Source of the DNA: an uncultured Spirochaetia bacterium
GTDB lineage: Bacteria; Spirochaetota; Spirochaetia; CAKZLE01
DNA length: 64,000 nucleotides
Direction of reading: 5' to 3'
Assembly: GCA_937125225.1 (NCBI GenBank)
Contig: CAKZLE010000005.1
Location: forward strand, 14,441-78,440
A program made the translations under genes and the position numbers. The notes beneath the pieces were generated by a model. It searched no databases, was not told where the DNA came from, and saw only the letters and a list, made by a program, of their open reading frames with translations. This document shows, piece after piece, positions 30,421 through 40,388 of this stretch (position 1 is its first letter; each line of letters opens with the position of its first letter).

Positions 30421-31290
30421 TTAATAAAAATTCTTCAAAACCATAGAAAAGAGGTCATATACTTCCTCATTACTGATAAACATACCAGCAAGGGTAATAA
30501 TCTCATCTCCTATGAGTATATGATCTTCCCATCCCTCTAAGGGTGTAGGAAGTTTTCTGATCGTCTTCAGGTAGTTAAGTCTCAATAGAGTACCTAGGAC
30601 TCTTGTAGCCTGAGGAGTATTTGTATCGAGAATCCCCGAAACATTATAGGAATCTTTCTCACCATTAAGAACTAGCCAGATTCCATTCATACTCAATAAC
30701 ATAGTTTCAGGAATCTGATCTGTCAAAAACCCGATATCGGTAGGTTTTTCCATATAGATCCCAAAAAGACTTTCCTCCATACGTTCAGATACATCATATG
30801 GGATGAATAGTTCACGTTCTTTGAAAGTCTTTTGATAAACCTCTTCTATACTATCATTTGAGAATAAGACTAAACCACTCTTGGGTACCTTTACATCAAG
30901 ATTCATGGTATCACTACCAAAATATTGGATATCCTGCTCTTCCATCTTTGCAAAATCTTTACTGAAACTCAGAACAGTATCGGTGACGATCTTACCAAAG
31001 TCACCCTCAATTCCTCCGTACATCATAGGAGTCTCCTCTTCTGACGCAGAAGGATCTATTGCAACTGATATTCTATCACTACGATCCAAGATTATTTCAA
31101 GGGACTCTAACTGATCACCAGCTACCTCATGAATAAGGGCCTGCGCCATATCTACATTCACGGTTGCCACTACCTCACTCTCTTCTCCGAGAGCCCGTAA
31201 ATAGCTTTCATCAGTGAAGGGTGTCATATGAGTACAACCGTTTAAAACTAACAGTATCAATAGAATCGATACTGTCATTAGTCTTTTCAT
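30421..31290 (-). CDS. hypothetical lipoprotein
   Basis: Signal peptide with lipobox MKRLMTVSILLILLVLNGC; 289 aa, no recognisable domain. Confidence 0.6.
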   Translation of the reverse strand: MKRLMTVSILLILLVLNGCTHMTPFTDESYLRALGEESEVVATVNVDMAQALIHEVAGDQLESLEIILDRSDRISVAIDPSASEEETPMMYGGIEGDFGKIVTDTVLSFSKDFAKMEEQDIQYFGSDTMNLDVKVPKSGLVLFSNDSIEEVYQKTFKERELFIPYDVSERMEESLFGIYMEKPTDIGFLTDQIPETMLLSMNGIWLVLNGEKDSYNVSGILDTNTPQATRVLGTLLRLNYLKTIRKLPTPLEGWEDHILIGDEIITLAGMFISNEEVYDLFSMVLKNFY

Positions 31291-31305
31291 GCAGGATTCC
31301 CTCTC

Positions 31306-34300
31306 TTATGCTTTCTCTAAGGAGATCACCGCGGAATGGTCACCCATTTCGACAGTGATAGTATTATTAGCAAGATCATCAACACAGGTCGCTAAAGTCT
31401 CTGAACAAATATATTCCTTGAACAACTCAACAGATCTCATGACCATATCATCACCAGTAACGTTCAAAGAGATTCGATCAGTTACATCAAGCCCCGTCTC
31501 TTTTCTCTGGTTTTGAATAGACCTTATGATATCTCTTGCTAGACCTTCAAGCAGTAGTTCTTCAGTCATCTCGCTATCAAGACCAACGGTAAGATCGCCC
31601 TCATTTAGGACTTTCATATTCTCTTTTTCAGTTCTCTGAACTGCTAAAGCCGCAGAATCAATCATGATGGTACCAGCACTATAAGTAATCTCTTTAGATT
31701 CCCCATTGAGTATTGCTGAGATGATATCCATATCGAATTCAGCGATCATTCCGGCAACTTCTTTCATATTCTTACCAAGTTGTCGGCCTAATACCTTAAA
31801 GTTTGCTTTTGCAGAATAGGAGACAAGATCCTCTTCATTATCACGGTAGACTACACTTTTAACATTCAACTCTTCTTTTATGATACCTTCCATCTCTTTG
31901 AGTATCGCAAGCTCAGCCTTGTCACGAGTTACAAGATAGATTGCCTTCAAAGGTTGTCTCGTCTTTAATGAGTGAATTGCTCGAAGAGCTCTTCCCATGG
32001 TAACAGTCTGCCTTGTGATAGCCATCTTTTTTTCAAGATCGAAGTCTCTCAGACTTTCCTGGTACTCAGGATAGTTCTGTAAGTGTACCGACTCCTGCAT
32101 AGATTCATGCTTGAGATTCTGAAACATCTCCTCTGTAATGAAGGGGATAATAGGTGCAGATACTTCGATGAGTTTGATAAGAACGGTATACAACGTATCG
32201 TAAGCCTGGATTTTATCATTATCATTCTCTGATCTCCAGAATCTTCTTCGAGACCTTCTGATATACCAGTTATTCAATAGATCGATGAATTTTGTGATAG
32301 GCCCACAGGCTTTCTGGATCTCATAATTATTAAGGTGTTCAGTTATATCATGAACAAGAGCTTCAGACTCTGAGAGGATCCACTTATCAAGAGCATTATC
32401 AGGGGTGTAATCTATCAAACCATTCGGTGCATTATAATCATCTATATTTGCATAGGTAATAAAGAAGCTGTAGGCATTCCACACAGGAATGATAAGATTC
32501 TTGAGAACCTCTTTAACCCCATCATCAGAGAACTTCAGATCTTCAGCTCGTACAACTGCAGAATTCATTAGAAAGAATCTGAGGGCATCAGCACCAAAAG
32601 TATTGATGACTTCCATAGGATCAGAATAGTTTCTCTCTGATTTTGACATCTTCTTCCCATCTTCAGCAAGTATGAGGCCATTTGTTACAATATTCATTGA
32701 AACAGGAGTATCGAAGAGACCCGCTGCAAGTATGGTCAAGGTATAGAACCATCCACGAGTCTGATCTAGTCCCTCGCAGATGAAATCAGCAGGAAAGTGA
32801 TTCTCTATTAGATCTTTATTCTCAAAGGGATAATGGCTCTGAGCATAAGGCATTGAACCTGATTCGAACCAACAGTCTAGGACGTCTGGAATTCTTCTCA
32901 TGGTTCCTTTACCATCTGGACTAGGCCATGTTAAGTCATCAACGAAGTGTTTATGAAGATCTTCTATCTTCTGACCACATTTTTCCTCTAACTCTTCTCT
33001 AGAACCGATGACCTCAATATGTTCGGACCCATCACATTTCCAGATTGGGATAGGATTACCCCAGTATCTGTTCCTACTTATTGCCCAATCTCTAGCACCT
33101 TCTAACCACTTACCAAATCTACCCTTTTGCAGATGTGAGGGAACCCAGGTTATCTGATCATTTGCTGCAAGCATCTTATCTTTAATCTTTGTTACATCTA
33201 CGAACCAACATGATAAGGCTCTATATATCAGAGGTTGTTTTGTTCTATAACAGAAGGGGTAACTATGTTTATAGTTTTCTCTTTTAACGAGTTTACCCTC
33301 TTCTTTCAGACGTTTGATGATAGGCTTATCGGCATCTTTGACGAATAGTCCTTCAAAATCGGCTACTTCGAAAGTGAACTTACATTCCATGTCAATAGGA
33401 CACTCTACAGGAATACCTGTCCCCTTAAGCACTTTATAATCATCTTCACCAAAACCAGGAGCAGTATGGACGATACCACAACCATCATCATCAGTTACAT
33501 AATCTCCGGTAAAGGTTCTAAAGGCGCCCTTCTCTGCATGTTGAGCAAAATAGGGGAATAGAGGTTCGTATTCAATCCCAGTCAGTTCACTACCAATATA
33601 GGATTCGACGATCTCATACTCCTCTTCATTCTTAAAATAGGAAGGTACTGCTTTTTTCCCGAGGATATAATATTCATCTCCATCTTTAAGCTTCACATAT
33701 TCGATATCAGGACCTAGTACTAAGGCAAGGTTCGAAGGTAGTGTCCAAGGTGTGGTGGTCCAGGCAAGAAGATAGGTATTCGGTTGATCCTTAACTGCAA
33801 ATCTAACGGTTATAGCAGGATCTATAACATCCTGATAACCACCGAGGTTAACCTCAAAGTTTGATAATGGAGTTGCTAGTTTAGGGCTGTAAGGCATAAT
33901 ATTATACCCTTCATAAACCAATCCCTTTTCAAACAATGATTTAAATACCCACCAGATAGATTCCATAAAATCAGGATCCATGGTCTTATAATCATTATCG
34001 AAATCAACCCATCGGCCCATTCGAGTTACGATGTGCTCCCATTCTTCTGTATATCTCAATACTATGGATCTACATTTTTCATTGAATTCAGCGATCCCAT
34101 ATTCTTCTATCTGGCTCTTACCTGATATTCCTAAAGTCTTTTCCATCTCATACTCGACAGGTAGACCGTGACAGTCCCATCCGAATCTACGGTTTACTCG
34201 TTTACCTTTCATCGTCTGGAATCTTGGAATAACATCTTTTATAGTTCCAGGCACGAAATGTCCGAAGTGAGGTAGTCCCGTTGCAAAGGGAGGTCCATCG

Positions 34301-34431
34301 TAAAAGACGAACTCGTTATCCTTGTCTCGTGTATCGATTGATTTCTGAAAGATATCATGATCTTTCCAAAAAGCTATTATATCCTCTTCCATCTTCGGGA
34401 AGTTTACTTTGTTGTCTACAGGTTTATACAC
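31306..34431 (-). CDS. ileS: isoleucyl-tRNA synthetase, type 2 (eukaryote-like)
   Basis: 1041 aa; GLPHFGH (HIGH variant) and KMSKS; N-terminus MYKPVDNKVNFPKMEEDIIAFW and the overall length are typical of type-2 IleRS found in spirochetes. Confidence 0.95.
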   Translation of the reverse strand: MYKPVDNKVNFPKMEEDIIAFWKDHDIFQKSIDTRDKDNEFVFYDGPPFATGLPHFGHFVPGTIKDVIPRFQTMKGKRVNRRFGWDCHGLPVEYEMEKTLGISGKSQIEEYGIAEFNEKCRSIVLRYTEEWEHIVTRMGRWVDFDNDYKTMDPDFMESIWWVFKSLFEKGLVYEGYNIMPYSPKLATPLSNFEVNLGGYQDVIDPAITVRFAVKDQPNTYLLAWTTTPWTLPSNLALVLGPDIEYVKLKDGDEYYILGKKAVPSYFKNEEEYEIVESYIGSELTGIEYEPLFPYFAQHAEKGAFRTFTGDYVTDDDGCGIVHTAPGFGEDDYKVLKGTGIPVECPIDMECKFTFEVADFEGLFVKDADKPIIKRLKEEGKLVKRENYKHSYPFCYRTKQPLIYRALSCWFVDVTKIKDKMLAANDQITWVPSHLQKGRFGKWLEGARDWAISRNRYWGNPIPIWKCDGSEHIEVIGSREELEEKCGQKIEDLHKHFVDDLTWPSPDGKGTMRRIPDVLDCWFESGSMPYAQSHYPFENKDLIENHFPADFICEGLDQTRGWFYTLTILAAGLFDTPVSMNIVTNGLILAEDGKKMSKSERNYSDPMEVINTFGADALRFFLMNSAVVRAEDLKFSDDGVKEVLKNLIIPVWNAYSFFITYANIDDYNAPNGLIDYTPDNALDKWILSESEALVHDITEHLNNYEIQKACGPITKFIDLLNNWYIRRSRRRFWRSENDNDKIQAYDTLYTVLIKLIEVSAPIIPFITEEMFQNLKHESMQESVHLQNYPEYQESLRDFDLEKKMAITRQTVTMGRALRAIHSLKTRQPLKAIYLVTRDKAELAILKEMEGIIKEELNVKSVVYRDNEEDLVSYSAKANFKVLGRQLGKNMKEVAGMIAEFDMDIISAILNGESKEITYSAGTIMIDSAALAVQRTEKENMKVLNEGDLTVGLDSEMTEELLLEGLARDIIRSIQNQRKETGLDVTDRISLNVTGDDMVMRSVELFKEYICSETLATCVDDLANNTITVEMGDHSAVISLEKA

Positions 34432-34602
34432 AATACACTCCTAGCACATATTTTTTCTGCCATCTTTCTTTCGATTCATGGTATGCTGAACTCTTGTTAA
34501 TCATTGATCTTTATTTAAGCAATTATGAAATAATATAGCTATTTAACAATATATTTTCAATGAGTATTGACAACAATCCTAGTCAATGTATAGGTTTCAT
34601 GT

Positions 34603-35952
34603 GTGAGAAGTTATAAGATCTCGAAGAAAATATCAGATTTCGCCTCAGTATTCCATGAAAACTCTTTCTGCCTCTATATTGTCGGAGGAGCAGTGCGGGA
34701 TCATCTTCTCGGTAATGAGAGTTCAGATCACGATTTCGCGACGGATGCAACACCAGAAGAGGTTATAGCATTATTCAATCATGTGATCCCTACCGGGATC
34801 CTTCATGGAACTGTAACAGTCATCTTTAGGGGTGAACATTTCGAGGTCACGACATTTAGGACTGAGTCAGGTTATGCAGATAATAGACACCCAGATTCTA
34901 TAGAATTCGTGTCTGATCTTTCTGAGGATCTCTCAAGAAGAGACTTTACGATTAATGCTCTTGCAGTCGATACCCGAGATGGCAGTATCATAGATGAACA
35001 TGCAGGGCTTGATGATCTCAAAAATCGTATCTTAAGAGCTATCGGCTCCCCTGTTTTGAGGTTCACGGAAGATTCTTTGAGGATTCTTCGCGGCTACAGA
35101 TTCTCAACTGTTCTTGAATTCACATTCGATACTGCGACAAGACAAGCCGCAAAAAGTTTAGGATATACAATCTCCAATATCTCTGTTGAACGTATCAGAG
35201 ATGAATTGAATAAGATGCTCAGCGCCAACAGACCCTCTATAGGCTTAGTTGCTATGAAAGAGGATGGATTTCTTAAGTATATACTGCCTGAACTCACTAT
35301 GGGCTTTGATATAGCGCAGAAAGGTATCCATAAATTCGATGTCTGTATGCATAATATCTATTCCTGTGATGGAGCACCAAAAGAGAATCTTATCGTACGT
35401 TGGGCGGCACTCCTTCATGATGTTGGAAAACCAGAGTCTCTCAGTATAGATGATAATGGATTGCCTACCTTCTATCATCATGAGCGCATATCAGCTTCGT
35501 TAGCAGACACAATCCTACAACGACTCAAATTCCCTAATAATGAACGTAATAGAATAAACCATCTGATTACCCATCATATGTTCCATTACACTCCAGAATG
35601 GACCGATGCGGCAATAAGAAGATTTATTTCTAAAGTGGGAATAGATTATCTAGATGATCTATTTTTATTACGTTTTGCTGATTCCTATGGTGCGTCAGGA
35701 AAACCGTCAAATGATAGACTCCTGTTGGAATTCATTGAAAGGATTAATACTATCCTTGAAGAAGAGAGTGCACTCTCCATCCGAGACCTAGCTATTACTG
35801 GAAAAGACCTCATTTCATCAGGAATTCCGCAGGGACCATTTATAGGTCACATCCTCAAAGAACTCCTAGAAACAGTCCTAGATGATCCTTCGAACAATAC
35901 AAAAGAGAGACTAATAATTATTAGTAAAAGATTATATGAGAAATTGAGTTAG
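34603..35952 (+). CDS. cca: CCA-adding tRNA nucleotidyltransferase with C-terminal HD domain
   Basis: GGAVRDHLLGNESSDHDFATDA head motif; HD motif LLHDVGKP; 449 aa. Confidence 0.85.
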   Translation: MRSYKISKKISDFASVFHENSFCLYIVGGAVRDHLLGNESSDHDFATDATPEEVIALFNHVIPTGILHGTVTVIFRGEHFEVTTFRTESGYADNRHPDSIEFVSDLSEDLSRRDFTINALAVDTRDGSIIDEHAGLDDLKNRILRAIGSPVLRFTEDSLRILRGYRFSTVLEFTFDTATRQAAKSLGYTISNISVERIRDELNKMLSANRPSIGLVAMKEDGFLKYILPELTMGFDIAQKGIHKFDVCMHNIYSCDGAPKENLIVRWAALLHDVGKPESLSIDDNGLPTFYHHERISASLADTILQRLKFPNNERNRINHLITHHMFHYTPEWTDAAIRRFISKVGIDYLDDLFLLRFADSYGASGKPSNDRLLLEFIERINTILEEESALSIRDLAITGKDLISSGIPQGPFIGHILKELLETVLDDPSNNTKERLIIISKRLYEKLS

Positions 35953-36695
35953 GGATTCATCTCTTCAAAGGCTATACCAGCAGCATGCTGTTCTGCCTCT
36001 TTCTTATTCTTACCCTTTCCAGGACCATATAACTTCTCATCCACAGTAACACTGACCCAAAAGATCTTATCATGATCAGGTCCAGTCTTTTTAACTACTT
36101 CATATCTCGGATAGGTCTTGTACCTCTTTTGGACGAGTTCCTGTAAAAGTGTCTTATAGTCTTTCTTGTGTTTGTTTTCTAAGACTTTGGTAATTTCAGG
36201 TATAAGATACGTCAGTATGAAATCCTGTGCTGGCTTGAATCCAGAATCAAGATAGTACGCACCGATGATAGCCTCCATACAGTCAGCAAGAATAGCTTTC
36301 TTGTTCCTGCCACCAGAATACTCTTCACCTTTACCAATGAGAATGAAATTATCAACTTTGATTTTCTTTGCTATATCAGCAAGACTGTCCTCACTGACTA
36401 CAAAGGATTTGATACGAGCAAAATCACCTTCTACCATAGAATCATAGTAGTTCCGATAGAGAAACTCACTGACGACAAGTCCTAATATACTGTCTCCAAG
36501 AAATTCTAATTTCTCATTGTTATCTACATCTTTATGGTGCTCGTTTGCGAAGGATCTGTGACAAAAAGCGAGGTTCAGGAGTTCTAATCTCCTGAACCTT
36601 ATAGCTGCATGCTTTTCAAAGAGTTGTAATTCTCGTTTCCGTTCGTTTAATACTTTCGGAGCCTTATATTGTTGCAAATCCTGTAGAAAAGCCAT
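35949..36695 (-). CDS. rnc: ribonuclease III
   Basis: RNase III signature ERLEFLGDSILGLVVSEFLY plus a C-terminal dsRBD. Confidence 0.9.
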   Translation of the reverse strand: MAFLQDLQQYKAPKVLNERKRELQLFEKHAAIRFRRLELLNLAFCHRSFANEHHKDVDNNEKLEFLGDSILGLVVSEFLYRNYYDSMVEGDFARIKSFVVSEDSLADIAKKIKVDNFILIGKGEEYSGGRNKKAILADCMEAIIGAYYLDSGFKPAQDFILTYLIPEITKVLENKHKKDYKTLLQELVQKRYKTYPRYEVVKKTGPDHDKIFWVSVTVDEKLYGPGKGKNKKEAEQHAAGIAFEEMNP

Positions 36696-36711
36696 ACGCT
36701 ATCAAAAAGAC

Positions 36712-36945
36712 TTAGAGCTGTGTTGAAAGATAGTCAACTGCATCCTTCACAGTCTCAAACTCGTTTGCCTTTTCATCAGGAATGGTTACACCCAGTTCCT
36801 CTTCGATTGCATAGACAAGCTCATATGTGTCTAGACTATCTGCACCAAGATCCTTTCGGAATGATGATTCAAGACTAATCTTATCTTCTTCAATTTCGAG
36901 CTTATCCGCGATCAGTGATTTCATTTTTTCAAACAGGTCATCCAT
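36712..36945 (-). CDS. acpP: acyl carrier protein
   Basis: 77 aa, LGADSLD phosphopantetheine-attachment motif. Confidence 0.9.
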   Translation of the reverse strand: MDDLFEKMKSLIADKLEIEEDKISLESSFRKDLGADSLDTYELVYAIEEELGVTIPDEKANEFETVKDAVDYLSTQL

Positions 36946-36968
36946 GTTAAACTCCTTACGGTTGTTGA

Positions 36969-37157
36969 TTAACCAATATCTTCAAGATTCAATACCTGCT
37001 TACCTCTGTAAAACCCGCATTTCGGGCATACTCGGTGAGGAAGAACCTTATTCCCACAAGTGCTACACTCAACCAACTTGGGGGCACTCAGCTTCATATT
37101 AATGGATTTTCTTGTTCTCGATCTAGCTTTTGAAGTCTTATATTTAGGTACTGCCAT
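36969..37157 (-). CDS. rpmF: 50S ribosomal protein L32
   Basis: MAVPKYKTSKARSRTRKS... with a C-terminal CxxC…CxxC zinc ribbon; 62 aa. Confidence 0.9.
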   Translation of the reverse strand: MAVPKYKTSKARSRTRKSINMKLSAPKLVECSTCGNKVLPHRVCPKCGFYRGKQVLNLEDIG

Positions 37158-37199
37158 TTACTTTTACCTCTTAAACGTTCTCAGTCAAAAGACAATACC

Positions 37200-37697
37200 T
37201 TAATTATCTTCTAATGTCAACATATTTAGTTTACTTCGTAACCTATCTGCGACAATAACTGGAACCATTGTACTTATATCGGCACCATACCGGGCCAACT
37301 CTTTTATTGCTGATGCTCTCAGCACAAAATACTTGTGATCTGTAGGTAGAAATACCACCTCCAGGTCGTTATAGATCTGTTTATTGGTCATTGCAAGTTC
37401 GAATTCATACTCAAAATCGGCAAGGGCTCTCACCCCTCTGATCATGACATGAACATCATATTTCTTTGCAAAATCAACAATCAACTTGTCCCAAAGTACC
37501 ACGGTAATATTCTCGTGATCCTTCAGTAATTCACTCATCATCTCAAGTCGTTCTTCACCAGAGAAGAAGTAGTTCTTAGCAGCATTCTCCGCTATAATCA
37601 CATATAGATGATCAGATATATTTGCAGCACGACGAATGAGATTCAAGTGTCCATTCGTGGGAGGATCAAAACTCCCTGGTAGCATAGCCTGCAACAT
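37200..37697 (-). CDS. coaD: phosphopantetheine adenylyltransferase
   Basis: GSFDPPTNGHLNLI nucleotidyltransferase motif; about 160 aa. Confidence 0.9.
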   Translation of the reverse strand: MLQAMLPGSFDPPTNGHLNLIRRAANISDHLYVIIAENAAKNYFFSGEERLEMMSELLKDHENITVVLWDKLIVDFAKKYDVHVMIRGVRALADFEYEFELAMTNKQIYNDLEVVFLPTDHKYFVLRASAIKELARYGADISTMVPVIVADRLRSKLNMLTLEDN

Positions 37698-38134
37698 TAT
37701 CTTCTCTTCCTCGTCAGATCAACTGCGTTCTTCCTTTCATTAACGATCTTCTTGATCTTATCCATAGTCTCCTTGGTTTCGATCTGGAATCTCTTGATAA
37801 TAGTGAAAGGTCCCGTAGTGTTCTTGTTTTTATACTCGATCACTGCGAAAGTACCATTTCCGATATAGCTTATCCTCTGTCTTTCAGTCAGTTTTTCATC
37901 TTCCTGAAGCTTTTTCAAAACACAATCAAAATGGGCGATGTCACCTGGCGAATCACCACTGAAAGCTTGAGTGATACTCTCAATCGGCTTCTCACAAATA
38001 GAACAGATAATAGGATCGAACTCTTTCTCAGGCACGATCTTCTTACCGCGAGACCTCTTATAGTTCCGCTTTCGTATACGACCACCCTTTCTAGGTTCTT
38101 TCTGCTGGTTATTACTGTTATCTTCCATATTCAC
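37697..38134 (-). CDS. hypothetical basic protein with Cys/His cluster (CSICEKP…HFDC)
   Basis: 145 aa, Lys/Arg-rich termini, candidate Zn-binding C-x2-C…H-x2-C. It overlaps coaD by 1 nt and lies between rplS and coaD in the ribosomal cluster. Confidence 0.5.
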   Translation of the reverse strand: MNMEDNSNNQQKEPRKGGRIRKRNYKRSRGKKIVPEKEFDPIICSICEKPIESITQAFSGDSPGDIAHFDCVLKKLQEDEKLTERQRISYIGNGTFAVIEYKNKNTTGPFTIIKRFQIETKETMDKIKKIVNERKNAVDLTRKRR

Positions 38135-38241
38135 ATCCTAATGTGATCACATCTTATATAAGAATGCAACTTCTTTCAAGAAACTAAAAAAAAGAGCTAT
38201 ATGATAACACATAACTCTTTTGTAGCACCTGTAGAATCACC

Positions 38242-38592
38242 TTATTTTCGTCTGATAAGTTCTTTAACCTTAGCTGCTTTACCGACTCGGTCTCTGATGT
38301 AGTAGAGTTTTGCTCTTCTTACACGACCACGTCTGACAACATCGATCTTTTCAATTCTTGGTGAATGTAGTGGGAAGATTCTTTCCACTCCAACTCCGTA
38401 AGACATTTTTCTTATCGTTACGGTCTTTCTTACACTGGTATTGTTGATTGCGATAACGAGTCCTTCATAGACCTGTACTCGCTCAGTCTGTCCCTCTATG
38501 ATCTTAAAGAAGACTTTTACTGTATCACCAATACGAAAGTTCTCAGCATTTTCTTTCAGCTGTTCAGCCTCTATTGACTTAATAATATCCAT
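38242..38592 (-). CDS. rplS: 50S ribosomal protein L19
   Basis: 116 aa, …FRIGDTVKV…[11 protein letters not shown]…[10 protein letters not shown]… typical of L19. Confidence 0.95.
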   Translation of the reverse strand: MDIIKSIEAEQLKENAENFRIGDTVKVFFKIIEGQTERVQVYEGLVIAINNTSVRKTVTIRKMSYGVGVERIFPLHSPRIEKIDVVRRGRVRRAKLYYIRDRVGKAAKVKELIRRK

Positions 38593-38597
38593 TGCTC

Positions 38598-39335
38598 TTA
38601 CCCCTTCGGATTATTTTCTAAATGTAATAGGTCAAGGATCTTATCCCCTTCTTTCGATTGGTCAACAAGTTCCTTAATTAAATCAGGTCTGTTCTCCTGG
38701 GTCTTATTAACCCGTTCTTTCATGCGCCATTTTTCAATTCGAGCATGATGACCGGATAATAATATATCAGGAACGGAAATTCCGCAATAGGTTGAAGGCC
38801 TTGTATACTGAGGATATTCTAATAATCCATTAGAAAAACTCTCTTCTTCAAGAGATTCACTACTAATAACACCTTCTACTAACCTATATACTGCATCAAT
38901 GACAACCAAAGAGGCAACCTCACCTGAGGAGATCACATAATCACCGATACAAATTTCATCGTCAACATACAGGTCTATGATTCTTTGGTCAATACCCTCA
39001 TACCTGCCACAGATGAACACAAGTCCATCCTCTTTCGAGAGTTCCTCTGCATATGCCTGAGTCAGGCGTTTACCTGAGGGACTCGGGAAGACGACTCTTT
39101 TATCTTTAGCACCGATAGACTCTAACGCTTCACCAAGTGGTTCCGGTTTCAGAACCATCCCTGCTCCACCGCCATAGGGTGCATCATCACAAGTCTTATG
39201 CCGGTCGTGGGTAAAATCTCTAATTTGTACGGTTTCGTACGAGATCAACCCCTTCTCGACACTCTTTGCCATGATAGAATCATGAAAGAAGCCATCGATT
39301 ATTTCAGGAAACAATGTCAGGACTTCTATCTTCAT
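38598..39335 (-). CDS. trmD: tRNA (guanine37-N1)-methyltransferase
   Basis: [11 protein letters not shown]… and the …YGGGAGMV… SAM-binding trefoil knot region. Start set to the Met giving an ATGA overlap with rimM. Confidence 0.9.
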   Translation of the reverse strand: MKIEVLTLFPEIIDGFFHDSIMAKSVEKGLISYETVQIRDFTHDRHKTCDDAPYGGGAGMVLKPEPLGEALESIGAKDKRVVFPSPSGKRLTQAYAEELSKEDGLVFICGRYEGIDQRIIDLYVDDEICIGDYVISSGEVASLVVIDAVYRLVEGVISSESLEEESFSNGLLEYPQYTRPSTYCGISVPDILLSGHHARIEKWRMKERVNKTQENRPDLIKELVDQSKEGDKILDLLHLENNPKG

Positions 39336-39835
39336 CCAAGTATCCAATCATTACGAAGTTCGATAGTTTTATTCTCTAAATCAACTTCGTTGATGAACTC
39401 ATCCATGAAGGGGACATAACATCGCGCTTCATCGACAGTCTTTTCGATCTCAAGTAGGTCGGATTGAGCCCCCTCCACGAGGGAGATGACTTTACCGATC
39501 ACACTTCCTTCAAACAACACGGAACAACCGTGAAGATCCGCTTGATAGTATTCATCGTCATCAAGAGGAGATGCTTCATCTCTTGGGATCCAGATTTCCC
39601 ATCCATTTAGAAGTTTACCAGCTTCAGGATTATCAATACCATTGAGTTTCAACAATACTGAATCACCATGAAACATAGATTCTTCTACAGTATACATCTT
39701 CTCTTGTGAATTCTTTTTCAGCAAGAGTTGAGTATGCGACAGGAAGTTCTCTGCATCACCAGAAAAAAGCTTAACCTTTAAATAACCGCGAATCCCATGA
39801 GTTGTTCTGATTAATCCAGTTGCAATTTTTTCCAT
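39332..39835 (-). CDS. rimM: 16S rRNA processing protein RimM
   Basis: …GLIRTTHGIRGYLKVKLFS… N-terminal RimM motif plus a PRC-barrel C-terminus; canonical position between the KH protein and trmD. Confidence 0.85.
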   Translation of the reverse strand: MEKIATGLIRTTHGIRGYLKVKLFSGDAENFLSHTQLLLKKNSQEKMYTVEESMFHGDSVLLKLNGIDNPEAGKLLNGWEIWIPRDEASPLDDDEYYQADLHGCSVLFEGSVIGKVISLVEGAQSDLLEIEKTVDEARCYVPFMDEFINEVDLENKTIELRNDWILG

Positions 39836-39843
39836 TGTTTCGA

Positions 39844-40077
39844 TTAATCCAATATCTCCAACACAACTCTTTTCCCATCCTTGGTAGAGGAAGCACTCAA
39901 AATGGTCCTGACAGCTTTCGCTATACGACCATGTTTACCGATAACTTTTCCGATATCGTCTTGTGCAACCCGCAATTCAAGAATCGTGGACTTTTCGCCT
40001 TCAATCATGTTTACAGATACATTATCTGGATCATCTACAAGGGATTTTGCAATATACTCTACAAGATCCTTTTCCAT
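39844..40077 (-). CDS. KH-domain RNA-binding protein (YlqC/UPF0109 family)
   Basis: 77 aa, …VAQDDIGKVIGKHGRIAKAVRTIL… GxxG KH motif; canonical position between rpsP and rimM. Confidence 0.85.
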   Translation of the reverse strand: MEKDLVEYIAKSLVDDPDNVSVNMIEGEKSTILELRVAQDDIGKVIGKHGRIAKAVRTILSASSTKDGKRVVLEILD

Positions 40078-40082
40078 GATCG

Positions 40083-40358
40083 TTACTCCTGACTGTCAGC
40101 CGCTTTTCTAATAATGTTGATGTTGTTCTTGTTTAAGATCTTCTTGACAGTTTCAGTAGGTTGTACACCCTTGACTAGCCATCCTTTGACCTTCTCTTCA
40201 TCGATCTTAACCTGGTTTCCCTCTTTCTCGATCGGGTGGTACAGACCAACCTCATCTAGTGTTCGGCCATCTCTAGGTTCTCTTGCATCCATAACTACGA
40301 TTCTGTAGTATGGTCGTTTCTTAGTTCCAAATCTCTTCAATCTCATCTTTACGCTCAC
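40083..40358 (-). CDS. rpsP: 30S ribosomal protein S16
   Basis: MSVKMRLKRFGTKKRPYYRIVVMDAR…. Confidence 0.95.
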   Translation of the reverse strand: MSVKMRLKRFGTKKRPYYRIVVMDAREPRDGRTLDEVGLYHPIEKEGNQVKIDEEKVKGWLVKGVQPTETVKKILNKNNINIIRKAADSQE

Positions 40359-40388
40359 AACGTTTCCTCCTGCGCTTTAACGCGAATA

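Noticed and set aside
34432-34602. Possible T-box or other leader upstream of ileS in the 171-bp ileS/cca divergent region
   Set aside because: It is too short for a T-box. I found no specifier-loop or T-box consensus (AGGGUGGNACCGCG-like) on the minus strand. It is probably just divergent promoters.
38135-38241. Candidate terminator hairpin downstream of rplS (about 38185-38220)
   Set aside because: Stem pairing is imperfect, with two mismatches in 10 bp. It lies in a region that must also carry the promoter or RBS of the next gene, so it is not confidently called.
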